From Octopus sinensis (lineage: Eukaryota), in contig NC_042997.1 of assembly GCF_006345805.1 (NCBI RefSeq), positions 59,086,001-59,150,000 of the forward strand: a DNA stretch of 64,000 nt, written 5' to 3'. Of the stretch, positions 24,670-38,072 are shown piece by piece; position 1 is the first letter of the stretch; each line of letters starts with the position of its first letter. A program made the translations under genes and the position numbers. Below the pieces are notes generated by a model, which saw only the letters and a list, made by a program, of their open reading frames with translations, was not told where the DNA came from and made no database searches.

Positions 24670-26189
24670 CTGAAATTATCAGGGCCTTCAAGTTTTGATC
24701 ATCATCATCATTTAACATCAGTTTTCAATGCTGGCATGAGTTGGATAGTTTGACAGGAGCTGATCAGCAGGAGAGCTGACAAGCAGAAGAGCAGGTCAAT
24801 GGGAGAGCTGTCCAAACTCCAATTGTCTGTTTTGGTATGGTTTCTACAGTTTGATGCCCTTCCTAAAGCCACTACTTTACAGAGTGTGCTGGGTGCTTTT
24901 TATGTGCTACTAACAATTCTGTCAGCTCGCCACCTTAGAGCAAAATAAGGATAATATTTATGCACTAAAATTTAAATATCTTTTGTACACAAAAACCAGA
25001 TTCATCATCATCATCGTTTAACGTCCACTTTCTATGCGAACCAGATGGCTGCACCAGATTCCAATTTGATCTGGCTTTCTTATTTTTCTGTTCATTTTGC
25101 TGGTTTCTAAGAGCAAGTGACTGTGCATATAATTTTTTTCTTTAAAAACCGGATTTCTGTAAGACTTTAATATCACTATTGATTTGACTAGAGTAACGAG
25201 GTGGTGGGGAGGTTCTTGTTTTGTCATTTGATCATATGACAAAGTTTGTGTGTGTGTGTGTGGTGTATGTGTTTGTAGGTGATTATTTTCATGAGATAAG
25301 TTCTGTCCAATATGTTGTGCTCTATTGATCAATTCACAAAGTGAGTGAATGCATGTGACTTTGTTTATCAAAAAAAAAAGAACTTGCACTATATTTCATA
25401 ATCATATGACCCTATTTTTATTTTATACTGTCACGTTTATTTTAATGCTTTAATTTTAGACAGCAAAAACTAAATAGAGTTTTTAATCTGAAAAATTTCA
25501 CTGTCTGATATGTATAATTGCTATGACAGATATTTATATATTTTCCTTCTTTGGAATGTACTTTTTTCTACATCCAATATACTTTTTTGCTATTATACTA
25601 TTTTTACAATGAATTCCATAAAATAGGGAAGAACTTTGTATATTGCATTATTTCAATGTCAACATCATTACCCTCACAATCTTCAATCTCCATCCTGTAC
25701 ACAACACAACTCATCTCTATTACCACTCTGTCCCTCCTTTTCTCACTAACCACTGACACTAATACCTTCCCTTTTTCCTGTTCCTGTTGTAGACCTTACC
25801 CTGACAGTGATTAATTACCCTGTTACTTTCCTCAGTCATTTTCATAACTATCTCTTCCCCTCATCATATTTCACCATCTCTCATCAGCTTCCCTAAGAAT
25901 CATCAATCACACTCTCCTTTTCTATCTCTCTCCCCCACCTGCTTTCAGTTATAAGGGGCACCTTTAGACTCTTTAGTCTTGCAAGGTGCAAAGCAAACTC
26001 AGTAGTGCTGGTACCATGATACAGCCCTAACACTCAATTAAGTGATTGGCACTATAAAGCGCATCCAGTCATAGAAACTATGTCAAAATAGAGACATTAC
26101 AGTATGATGTAGTCCTCTATTTCATCACATCCAGTTGAACCATCCAACCCATGACAACATGAAAAGTCGACATTAAATGATAGAGTTAC

Positions 26190-26545
26190 TATCTCTCTTG
26201 GTAATGAAGAGCCTCTCTTTTAGAGTGAAAAGTAGATTGTATTATGCCAGTGTACGGACAGCTATGGACATGACAGTGAGACATGGACTGTGACTACTGA
26301 GGATATGTGAAGACTTGATAGAAATGAAGCTAGTATACTCTGCTGGCTGGGTAATGTCAGTGTACATATACAACATAGTGTAAGTAATCTGAGAAAAAAA
26401 CTAGGTATATAAAGCATCAGATATTGTGTGCAAGACAAAAGACTGTGCGGACACGATCGTGCAATGCATCTGAATAAAGACAGTTGCATCAAGAGGTACC
26501 AATCTCTAACAGTGGAGCTAACATCTGGAAGAGACAGGAACAGGA
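26190..26545 (+). mobile_element. RTE LINE RT C-terminal fragment
   Basis: Nucleotide similarity to 4630-4930 (AGTGAGACATGG, AGAAATGAAGCTAGTAT, GAGAAAAAACTAGGTAT). Confidence 0.65.
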
Positions 26546-26556
26546 AGATGTTTATA

Positions 26557-26559
<3 letters not shown>

Positions 26560-26590
<31 letters not shown>

Positions 26591-26790
26591 ATATATATTC
26601 ATATATATATGTGTATATACATATGTATACATATATATTAATATATATGTGTATATACATACGTATACATATATATTAATATATATGTGTATATACATAC
26701 GTATACATATATATTCATATATATGTATATATACATACGTATACATATATATTCATATATATGTATATATACATACGTATATATATATAT
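26560..26790. repeat. TA-derived minisatellite with 38-bp higher-order period
   Basis: CATACGTATA recurs at 26658, 26696, 26734 and 26772. Confidence 0.8.
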
Positions 26791-27280
26791 ATACACATTT
26801 AGATTCCTTAGAAGAAAGTAGCGAATGTATATGAAAACAAGGATGAAAAAAACAGAGAAACGTTACGCAAACACATATGCAATAAACAGGACATAACAAC
26901 AGGTGTCTTTCAACTAAGGACAAATTAAATTAAGCTGGCATGTGTGGAAGTAAAGCCTTTCAGCAGGGACATTAGATTTAACAGGCAAGGGGAGAAATAT
27001 GGATAGTACTCGAACCAAGAAAGAAAGGTCAGGTCTGGCCGAACACCAGTCACATGGGGCTAGAAGAGAGAGAGGTAGAGGCAGAAGGATAGAAGAATTA
27101 AGGAGGGCGAGAAAAAATGAAAGAGATATAGTGAAGTGAAAGAGGAGGGAAAGTGAGCATGAAGAGAAGGCCAGGAAATGTGAGAGAGGGGGAAGGAAAA
27201 ACAAAGAGTGGAATGAACGAAGTGTGAAAGGGCTGATAGAAAGAAAACAGAGAGATCTAATGGATACAAATTAATTTATA

Positions 27281-27510
27281 ATTCTTTACTACCTACAAGG
27301 GGCTAAACACAGAGAGGACAAACAAGGACAGACAAACGGATTAAGTCGATTATATTGACCCCAGTGCGTAACTGGTTCTTAATTTATTGATCCCGAAAGG
27401 ATGAAAGGCAAAGTCGACCTCGGTGGAATTTGAACTCAGAACGTAGCGGCAGATGAAATACCGCTAAGCATTTCGCCCGGCATGCTAACGATTCTGCCAG
27501 CTCGCTGCCT
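27281..27510 (-). mobile_element. Well-preserved full-length tRNA-derived SINE (Meta-domain-like)
   Basis: The minus strand has A-box TGGCAGAATCG, B-box GTTCAAATTCC, central GACTTTGCCTTTCATCCTTTCGGGATC and 3' tail TTGTAGGTAGTAAAGAAT. Many older copies occur across the window (e.g. 11810-12010, 16020-16150, 57330-57750). Confidence 0.85.
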
Positions 27511-27749
27511 TTGCATTTTAAAATACCATGGATGGAAAATCATCAGGGTGCACAAAATGTATAGAGTACACCTAAATATGAATATTAGGTGCCCCATCCC
27601 AACATATACCTACATATATGAATATATAATTCTATAATATAATAACTAGTAATAAATAACTTTGAACATTGGGCCTCTCACCAAGGCAATGACTAGTGAC
27701 CAGGACCTTTGGAAATATACTGTGCTTGAGAAGACTCGGCAAGCTCAAG

Positions 27750-28340
27750 TGAGACCATAACCTTGTGGCCTATGCCAGGGGTGTAACCAGCCCACTTATG
27801 CATACCTTTCCTTCATTGGACACTAAACTCTGCTTGCGAAGACTTGTTGAGGAAATCGAAATCAAATTCGCTGACTGGCATCCGTGCTAGTGGAACACTA
27901 AGAGTACCACACGAGCATGATCGTTGTCAGAGCAACAAGCTGGCCTCCATGCCGATGGCACGTAAAAAATACCATTTTGAGTGTGATCGTTACCTGCGTC
28001 GCCTTACTGGCACTTGTGCGGGTGGCACAAGAAAAAACATTTAAGCAAGGTCGTTGCCAGTGCCACTGGACTGGCTCCTGTGCAGGTGGCACATAAAAAG
28101 CACCATTTGAGTATGGCCATTGCCAGTACTGCCTGACTGGCCCTCATGCCGGTGGCATGTAAAAGCACCCACTACACTCTCAGAGTTGTTGGCATTAGGA
28201 AGGGCATCCAGCTGTAGAAACTCTGCCAGATCAGATTGGAGTCTGGTGCAGCCATCTGGTTCGCCAGATCTGTCAAATCGTCCAACCCATGCTAGCATGG
28301 AAAGCAGACATTAAACGATGATGATGGTGATGATGATGAC
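27750..28340 (+). mobile_element. Long variant of the RTE-related non-autonomous retroposon
   Basis: 5' extension GTGTAACCAGCC..GGACACTAAACTCTGCTTGCGAAGAC, GTGGCAC repeats, standard core and tail. A second copy lies at ~54893-55480. Confidence 0.8.
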
Positions 28341-28403
28341 TTTAATATGCTTTCAATAATATGCATATACATATGAAGTAACTTTAGAACGAAATATCTA
28401 TAT

Positions 28404-28469
<66 letters not shown>

Positions 28470-28609
28470 CTAATACATAAATAAAAATATATATATACAT
28501 ATGCATACAAGTGTATAAACATATAAACAAATTTTATTTCACCTTCATATTTTTTTATTTTATCAATATGCATACACATGCATATTAATGTATAAACTAT
28601 TGACATCCA

Positions 28610-28876
28610 TACTTGTTGCGAGTACAAATCTGATCAAAGAGGAAAAGGATCCCATCACCTTTAAACGGAATCTGGACAAATTTCTTCAAGGAATACCAGA
28701 TAAGCCACCTATACCTTTATACAACTCACTCAACAAGAACTCCCTACTTGAATGGACCAAAATACTACAAAACTTGACTTAAAAAGGATTTAGATAATCC
28801 TATCAGGTGGTGTTATTAAGTTAGACATGGTTTGGATCAATCTTTGCGCAAAACATTTAAGTTTTATCTAAGTTTA
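28610..28876 (+). mobile_element. CR1-clade LINE 3' fragment
   Basis: IKEEKDPITFKRNLDKFLQGIPDKPPIPLYNSLNKNSLLEW resembles the CR1 ORF2 terminus (FK..LDKFL..IPD.P...NSL). Confidence 0.65.
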
Positions 28877-28878
28877 TA

Positions 28879-29170
28879 TCTTTATATATAAAAGTAAGGT
28901 TGTGTGTCTGTCTCCTATAATTTAGATTCCTTACTCCCACATTTTGCGGTGCAGTTTAACCAAAACCGGGTATCTTATAGTCGTGATACATATCGAGCCC
29001 TTCTGGGTATTAGCACGCATCTACGATGAGTCTACGATTTAAAAAAAAATTTACCATCATTTTTTTCCATTTTAATGCATTTTTTTGCTATTTTTTGGCT
29101 ATAACTCTCTAAAAATGCTTATATAGTTATTTCCCTTACAAACCCAAGCAACGCCGGGCGATACTGCTAG
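28879..29170 (+). mobile_element. Non-autonomous Helitron (292 bp)
   Basis: A|TCTTTATATATAAAAG 5' end, subterminal GC-rich stem (CCCAAGCAACGCCGGG), CTAG|T 3' end, inserted between A and T with no TSD. Confidence 0.8.
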
Positions 29171-29439
29171 TATATATATAATATTTATATACATATATGC
29201 ATGCACATACGCACACATGTATACAAACATGAGTATGAATTTTATTTCACTTTTACTTTGTTTTATTAATTATGCTGTTTTACTCATATATACTATAACT
29301 CATTATTTATTATTATTATTATTATTGTTGTTTCTCACATTAAGTCATATGTTTGGCGCTCCCAAAATTGTTTGAATTTTTGTCACCACAAGTTGTTAAA
29401 CTTTTGTTTTTATTGTTTAATTTTTATTATAAAGTAGCT

Positions 29440-32400
29440 GCCCTCCTAGGGAGATAGTTTTTGTAGGAAAAGAGAGCCCTTTTGGGAGCTAAATACACCC
29501 ATTTACTTCAAAGAATTTCTTCAAAAATTCACAAAAAAACAACAATGGCAATTGAGCAAGATAGTGAAGACTGGAGGTTGAACAGCCAGTTCAACAAAGC
29601 CTTCTCCGCCCACACCAACACTATTGTTCCTGCACAGAAGGAAAAGAAGGAAGAAGAGAGGAAAGAAGAAAGAAAACAGGAGAGAAATGAAGACACTAGC
29701 ACTGCCACCACCACCACAAATACGAACAACAGCAACAAGCCAAGCGTCGATTGTTTCACCTCAGTCGCAAAGCAAATTAAAGAAAGACTGAATGTAATAA
29801 TGGAAGACATTAAAGCCTCAAAAGGACTGTTGAAAAAATAGAAACAATGTAGCACTAAATACCCCAAATGATCTAATAAGCGAAACAAACAAAAGAACAC
29901 TCATCTACAAATGTGTAAATACAAAAAAAAAAGAAGAAAACAAGCAACTTGAACTCATACTTAAGCCAGTATGGAATGTGAAAACATGTAACAAGAGGAA
30001 AATGTTTTGGTACTGTGGAGAAGCATTTCACAACAAAGCAAGAAGCAAGACACCATTCCACAGTGCTACTAAAAGGTTGAGATTTTTTACTCATGCCAAC
30101 ATACCTCGGTCAGTATGTAACAAAGATAAAAATTGGGGAGATACCTCCAGAAATAAATATATGCTAGCTGGCTGGTTGGCTGGTTGGTGAACAGTTGTCC
30201 TCCTACACATAGAGGACACCGCCACAATACTGGAGGTGCACAAGTTGCACCAACAAAATTGGTCAGATCAGGGGATGGAGCTCTTAATCCAAGTGGAACA
30301 AGGGAGCATAGAGCTCATCCCTGATATGATCATCTGCCAGACAGCCCAAAATTAAATGTGGCCATAGAGGGCAGAGGCCAAGGTATAACCTCTGTGGTGA
30401 CAAGAACCACCTCAAGAAAGAGAGGGGTACAACAGCTAGCACTACTACTAACACCAGTGCAGTAACAGCAACTGGTACAGCAGCAGCAGGGACTAGCACT
30501 GGTGCTATCACCACCACCACCACCAGAAACAGCCTCAACATCCAAAGGAGTACCACCACCACCACATGCAGATGAACCCCCACAACAGACCACTCTAAAC
30601 AAGGGCACAGACTATTCAGGTACTGAGGTTGAGGAGGAGGAAAGGCGCACAGTCCCACCAAAAAAAGAGGAAAAAACAAACTGCAAAACAACTGGAAAAG
30701 GAGGAGAGGTGCAAACAAGCTGAACTTCCCAACAGCAGCATCATACACAACCGCCAACAACAGTACCACTTTCACCAGCACTACCACCCAAAACACAAAC
30801 ATCAACACAAATTACAACACACACACACTCCACAGGCACTACCAACCTCACAGTCATAAACACAGACAATATACACCTTGTCACACACATAAGAAACAAC
30901 ACAGATGCCACAATGAAAGACTTTGTCTTCTCGACACACAATACACCACCACCACACATAAAAATTCTAAAAGTTACACATCACACACACACAACACATT
31001 AAAAACAAACTTTCCTGGAGCTGTTGAGCCATTTCAGAAAACTTCTTCAAAAAGACTCTACAAAAACCTACTTGTAGAAACACCCACACAAATGAACAAG
31101 GGGGCCCACACCACCAGACAACAGCGGTAAGTAGCACTCTCTTTCATTAACATATATTTTTCAACATGGTCATGCTCAAAATTGGTTGTATAAATGCCTG
31201 GGGCCTCAGATCACCTTTTAAATGACTTGAGCTCCTTTAATGCAAACGTAGAAGCCATTAGTGAAACCCAACTTTCAGACCCGCAGGCCTTCATACCCCT
31301 CTTCACTAGATATGAGATCTACTTATCTCCATGTTGGCTGGGAAAAGGTGGTGGTGGAACTGCAGTGTTTTTCCAGAAAGGTCTGGATTAGAAAATAAAG
31401 GCAATCTTCCTGTATCCAGAAAGTAAGTTGGTGGTCCAGGATGTGAGCAGCATTGCCTTCAGACTTCAATCATCTGGAGGTTTTCCTGGGAACGTCTCAA
31501 ACTTTAGTGTTAGTAGGGGATTGGAACACTGCCTTAGATGGACTTTTGGATCATGTGGGACTATCTGATAGGAGAGTGGGGTGCAAAAGCCTCATAAACC
31601 CGCTCAGACGTTTTCAACTGTCTGACAGATACCAATTAGATCACCTGAATGTGCCAATGTAGACTTGAACAAACCACATCAGGTCATCTAGATTGTATTC
31701 ATGATCTGTATGGTGACCTAGATAAGTTTTGTAGACAGGGCCCTGGTTACTGGAAGCTGAACCAATCGTTACTGACATGCCAAACTTACAGAGACCGGAT
31801 TAATGAATTAGTTAAGCAGGCATTGACAGGAGCAATCATCAACAACAATTGGTGGTTTGCTCTTAAAAAGGCAATTAGAGTAGAATCCATTAGGTTTAGT
31901 AAGGCTTTAGCGATAAAAAGAAATAAAATAGAGAGAGGTTTAGTTAGAAAGTTAGATGAGGTATTTAGGAAAGGCATCACAACCAACATATTGGCAAAAA
32001 GATTGACCCTTGACCAATACTTTGACACCAAACATGCAGGTTGTGTTATCAGAGCTAAGGCACATAAATTAAGCAGGGTGGGAATGAAATCTGCTAGATG
32101 GGCTTGAGTGGCAGAGGCAAAATGTGGCAACAAAGCCACCATTTGGTCTTTAGTGGACCAAAACAGGTGCAAGATGTTTGAACTGAAGCAGACATGTGTG
32201 GCCTTTCAGCAGCACTTTGCTCGATTGTTCAGGACAAGTGGTAGAACGAATAAAAGGGCAGACTTTGGTGTCTACTTGGACAGCCTGCTGCAACTCTCAA
32301 CCAGCAAGGCAGAGTGATGCAAAAGGCTGATAACAGTCATAGAAATACAGGAAGCAATGAAGGGCTGTGCAAGAGGCAGATTACCGAGTTTGGATGGTCT

Positions 32401-34575
32401 GCCCTACAAGCTTTTTATTTCTATGCCAGATATCTACCGCAACTGGCAACAGAATGGGGGAATTCCCACTTTTGTTTGTTGAGGGGCAGTGGCACTGCTG
32501 TGAAAGGACCCAATCAAGGGAAACATTATAGAGAATTTCAAGCCCATCACTCTGCTCAATGCAGAATTGAAGATTCTGGCCAAGGTGTTAGCCAAGAGGC
32601 TGGTGCTTGTCATGGAGAAGATAATTTGTAATGTGCAAACATGCACTATATCAAAGAGGACCATGACAATCTCCACCTCATGCACTACATCACTGAGAGG
32701 GTGGGTAACAAAGTTGGCAGGGGTGGGGCTCTGATCAATTTAGATCAATCTAAAGCTATCGATAGGGTCGACCACCAATATTTGGCAGCTGTTGTCATGG
32801 CAGTCAGTTTCAGTTCAGTTTTCCATGGTTAGATTGCTACTTTGTACAGTGGCATCAACTCAGTAGTTCGGGTGAATGGTCACCTGTCAGAACCATTCAG
32901 TATCTTATGCTTGGTCCATCAAGGGTGCACTCTCTCCTCTCTTCTGTATGTACTGACTCTTGAACCACTGCTGTGGAAGCTGGAGGCATTGAGGGTGTTC
33001 CCATGTGATTTAGGATGTGGGAGAAGCATGTCTGCTTATGCCAACAATGTCACCATCATAGACCTGATAGGCACCACACTAAAAGAATATGAAGCGGTGA
33101 CAGGAGCAAACATTAATGTGGAAAGATCAGTGGACTTGCAACTCGGCATCTGGAGAAGGAAGTTCATGCCATCCAACATCGGGGGGGGGGGGGGGCTGGA
33201 CAGATGGTCTGGTTAAATTGCTTGGAGTTTGGTTTGGTCCAGACCTCTAGATAGAGAAAAACTGGGATGAGGTGACGAACAGGTTGGCCAATCTCACCCA
33301 GAAACGAAGTTGTCCCTGAGAAGTCAAGCCAAGGTGAATGCACACATCGTATCCATCATCTACTACTACTCAACCGTCATTCCTTGCCCCTTATGTTAGC
33401 TGAACAAGCTGGTGCACTTACTCTTCCACTTTCTGCAGAGGGGACACATGTTGCTGGTCAGACACTCCATCTGCTGTCAACAACTGCTGAAGTGGGGCCT
33501 GGGCATGCCATAGTTGCTGATGTACAGGTATGTGATCAGGCTGCGACATCTTCAGCGTTTCCTTGACAGTGAGCAGGTGTGGTCACATTTTGTTAGACTT
33601 GCTTTCTTACAACTCGTCTCTTTGACTGAGCTGCAATCCTGGATTAAGCATAGACTGATGAGGTGCGCTTGGCACCTCAAGTGACATCAAGCACTCCCAG
33701 CCCTCTGTCAGTCAGGCAATGTGGTCGGTGGTAGTTCCACTTTAACATTCTATAGAGGGTTAGTGGTGGAAAAGTGTGACGACGTTCTCAGGGAAGCTCT
33801 GGGCATTGGCGAGGATCAACTTACTGGTCTGTTCCGGAGGACTTTCAGACCAGGGCCTATGGATAACTTCCAAAAATACCTGGCTGGTAGTGCTACAGAT
33901 GGGTGCTGCCCATTTGGGATAAACTTTACAGGCACAGAAGTGCCATCAGCCAAACATGCCTGAGGTGTGCGCAGAGCAACAAAATAACAGAACTGTTCTG
34001 CATACACTCATCCAATGCCTGAGCATTACTGACCAGTGGGTTTATGCCAAACACATGCTGCCTATAAGCTGAATCCATAGTGAAGATTGCTTCACCACCC
34101 TCCTTTGGCTGAGAGGGGCAGGCAATTTTTATTTGTCTGGTGGCTGTAGCAAAAGAGGTAGTGTGGTAGACACATTTGAAAGGGCTAAAGACAGACACTT
34201 TCCTCTTTGGCCAAGCCCTCATAAACTTTTTCAAGTTTCACTTGAAAAGGAAAGTGAGGGTGGAGAGAGAAGTGTTATCTAGCAAATTTGTTGAAAGGTG
34301 AGTGAATGTTGGAAAAATGGTCAGTTTGAAAGGACCCATTTTGAGCATGTCCCTGTAAAAACAAAAGGAGAAGGCTCTTGCTCTGTTGGTCAGGCCACCT
34401 GTGACGTTTGTGAATTTTTCTATGAGTAGCCTTAAAGCACCTCCCCCTTGTGGGAGTTTTATTTGTTTAATTTTCTGCTCTTTTTTGTCTGCATGCTTTT
34501 AAAACCCATTTGTATTGTCCTGTCTTTGTCACTTCATATAACTTTATGTAAGCCCTTGTGGCCAATAAAAGAATT
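29440..34575 (+). mobile_element. Near full-length, heavily mutated Tx1/L1-clade LINE (ORF1 + APE-RT ORF2)
   Basis: APE motifs AISETQL, VGDWN and GPGYWKLNQSLL. RT motifs NFKPITLLNAELKILAKVLAKRL, LDQSKAIDRV, QGCTLSSLLYVLTLEPL and YANN (for YADD). C-terminal Cys motif; ORF1 zinc-knuckle remnant near 30370-30420; AATAAAA at the 3' end. Many stops and frameshifts. Confidence 0.9.
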
Positions 34576-34688
34576 ATTATCATTGAATTAAAAATAAAAG
34601 TAATAATCTTAACACACGCGTGCACACACACATATACAGACACATCTAATAAACATGATTATATGTTCTGAGTATTCCAACAGATCAC

Positions 34689-34829
34689 AATGTAATCCGT
34701 GTATTGTCCTGTGCACCTGGATGATATTCCATCCAAGGTATTTAAAATGCAAGATATAATCTTGCATTTTAAAATACCTTGGATGGAAAATCATCCAGGT
34801 GCACAGAAGGACAATACACGGATTACATT
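34689..34829. repeat. ~140-bp near-perfect palindrome (MITE-like)
   Basis: Arms AATGTAATCCGTGTATTGTCC...GCAAGAT / ATCTTGC...GGACAATACACGGATTACATT around a 3-nt loop. A half copy lies at 27511-27555. Confidence 0.85.
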
Positions 34830-35275
34830 TGTATATATTTTGTAGTTTTAATTTTGGTTGTGAAATGAAACAATTGTAGGTGAATATGTTAATTAATAAA
34901 TTAATTTGTATCCATTAGATCTCTCCGTTTTCAAACTTAATAATAATATTTTATATTTTATGATATTTTATATAATACATTCATTGAAGAAATATCTCTT
35001 CAAAATACTATATATTAAACAAGTGTATCTGAGATAAAAATATCCCTATAAGAAGTCTAAATATCCTCATAGTGACTATATATATATATATGTATGTATG
35101 TATGTATATGCACACACACACACACACGAGAAAACATATATATAAAACACATACTTTTAATAAATATTTTTTCCATCTGTATTCAGGTCATTTTTTAACT
35201 TTTTGCTCTTTTGTTTGAGGAACATTTTTTACAATTTCAATGACCACTCATGCTTATCATGTTTGTTATAAATAC

Positions 35276-35299
<24 letters not shown>

Positions 35300-35306
<7 letters not shown>

Positions 35307-35378
35307 CATCATCATCATCATTTAACATCTGCCTTCCGTGCTGGCATGGTGTGTGTTTGTATAGATAGATAGGTAGGC

Positions 35379-35419
<41 letters not shown>

Positions 35420-36185
35420 TAGATAGATAGATAGATAGATAGATATGGTGTTAGGAAATGCATCCAGCTGTAGAAACCTTCCCAGATCAGATTCAAGGCT
35501 CCTGGCTTGCCAATCCTCAGTCAATCCGTCCAACCCATGTCAGCTTGGAAAGCGGATGTTAAACAACAATGATAATGATATATACACATACCCCATACAT
35601 ACACAATATATACAGAGATTCAAAAACACCTGCACAGATGTGTGTGTATGTATGTATATATGTATGTATGTATTCTTTTACTTGTTTCAGTCATTTGACT
35701 GCGGCCATGCCAGAGCACCGCCTTTAGTCGGGCAAATCGACCCCAGAACTTATTCTTTGTAAGCCTAGTACTTATTCTATCAGTTTCTTTTGCCAAACTG
35801 CTAAGTTACAGGATGTAAACACACCAGAATCAGTTGTCAAGCAATATTGGGGAGACAAACACACACAAACATATACATACACATACATGTGTATATATAT
35901 ATACACAACAGGCTTCTTTCAGTTTCCGTCTCCCAAATCCACTCACAAGGCCTTGATCAGCCCGAGGCTATAGTAGAAGACACTTACCCAAGGTGCCACC
36001 TGGAACCACGTGGTTGATAAGCAAGCTACTTTATTTCATGAAAATTCGCCATTAAGGCGTTACATAGAGGAGACATACAAGGAGAGACAAACATAAAGCA
36101 AGCTACTTACCACATAGTCAGCCCTGCACCTTTGTATGTATATGTATATAATATACATACGAGTATATATAAATATATATATACA

Positions 36186-36232
<47 letters not shown>

Positions 36233-36302
36233 TCATCATCATCATTTAACATCTGCCTTCCGTGCTGGCATGGTGTGTGTTTGTATAGATAGATAGGTAG
36301 GC

Positions 36303-36351
<49 letters not shown>

Positions 36352-37092
36352 TGGTGTTAGGAAATGCATCCAGCTGTAGAAACCTTCCCAGATCAGATTC
36401 AAGGCTCCTGGCTTGCCAATCCTCAGTCAATCCGTCCAACCCATGTCAGCTTGGAAAGCGGATGTTAAACAACAATGATAATGATATATACACATACCCC
36501 ATACATACACAAATATATACAGAGATTCAAAAACACCTGCACAGATGTGTGTGTATGTATGTATATATGTATGTATGTATTCTTTTACTTGTTTCAGTCA
36601 TTTGACTGCGGCCATGCCAGAGCACCGCCTTTAGTCGGGCAAATCGACCCCAGAACTTATTCTTTGTAAGCCTAGTACTTATTCTATCAGTTTCTTTTGC
36701 CAAACTGCTAAGTTACAGGGATGTAAACACACCAGAATCAGTTGTCAAGCAATATTGGGGAGACAAACACACACAAACATATACATACACATACATGTGT
36801 ATATATATATACACAACAGGCTTCTTTCAGTTTCCGTCTCCCAAATCCACTCACAAGGCCTTGATCAGCCCGAGGCTATAGTAGAAGACACTTACCCAAG
36901 GTGCCACCTGGAACCACGTGGTTGATAAGCAAGCTACTTTATTTCATGAAAATTCGCCATTAAGGCGTTACATAGAGGAGACATACAAGGAGAGACAAAC
37001 ATAAAGCAAGCTACTTACCACATAGTCAGCCCTGCACCTTTGTATGTATATGTATATAATATACATACGAGTATATATAATATATATATACA

Positions 37093-37130
<38 letters not shown>
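35300..37130. repeat. Tandem duplication, unit ~910-925 bp (RTE-type repeat + GATA array + CORE-like SINE)
   Basis: Anchors TTTAACATCTGCC at 35321/36245 and CCTGCACCTTTG at 36123/37031. The differences I found are microsatellite length and 1-nt indels. Confidence 0.9.
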
Positions 37131-37141
<11 letters not shown>

Positions 37142-37528
37142 AGAACGGACGTTAAACGACGATGATGATGATGATATACATGTGTGCGTGTATATATATA
37201 TATATATATAATATATATATATAATATGTATGTATATATATGTATGTGTGTATATATATATATATGTATGTGTGTATATATATGTGTTATATATATATAT
37301 ATGTATGTGTGTATATATATATGTGTATATATATATACATATGTATGTGTATATATATATGTATATATATATATATATATATATGTGTTATATATATGTG
37401 TATTATGTGTATATATATATATGTATGTATGTATGCATATATATATATGTATGTATATATATATTATATGTATGTATGTATGCATATATATGTATGTATG
37501 TATATATATATATGTATGTATGTGTATG

Positions 37529-37559
<31 letters not shown>

Positions 37560-37586
37560 GGTATATATATATATGTATGTATGTGG

Positions 37587-37619
<33 letters not shown>

Positions 37620-37685
37620 ATATATATGTATGTATATATATATAATATGTATGTATATATATATATATGTATGTATATATACATG
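37060..37685. repeat. Degenerate (TA)n/(TATG)n microsatellite tract
   Basis: Direct inspection; source of many YIYI-type spurious ORFs. Confidence 0.95.
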
Positions 37686-38039
37686 TTTCATATGTAGAGA
37701 AAACAAAAGACAGAGACAGGTGAGGGAACAACAGGTAGGTGTAATAGTTTGATAGTCAGGAAAAATGGAAAATTCTTTGACATTTCAAGCCTAAACTCTT
37801 TGAGTGAAAAGGATAAGAGGAAAAAAATGAAGAGAAAAAAGTTTACGCACACATACATAAAAATGTATGTATATACATCAGGAGTGGCTGTGTGGTTAGA
37901 AGCTTACTTCCCAACAACATGGTTCTAGCTTCAGTCCCACTGCATGGAACCTTGGGCAAGTGTCTTCTACTATAGCCTCAGGCTGACCAAAGCCTTGTGA
38001 GTGGATTTGGGAGACAGAAACAGAAAGAAGCCCGTTGTA

Positions 38040-38072
<33 letters not shown>

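Noticed and set aside
29482-30959. Several 70-174 aa ORFs on both strands
   Set aside because: They are fragments or antisense translations of the low-complexity ORF1 of the decayed Tx1 LINE.
37015-37752. Multiple long YIYI/MYVC ORFs (also 26262-26834, 44693-45214, 56688-57172, 59584-60001, 61616-62200)
   Set aside because: TA/TG/CA microsatellites lack stop codons in these frames; they are not genes.
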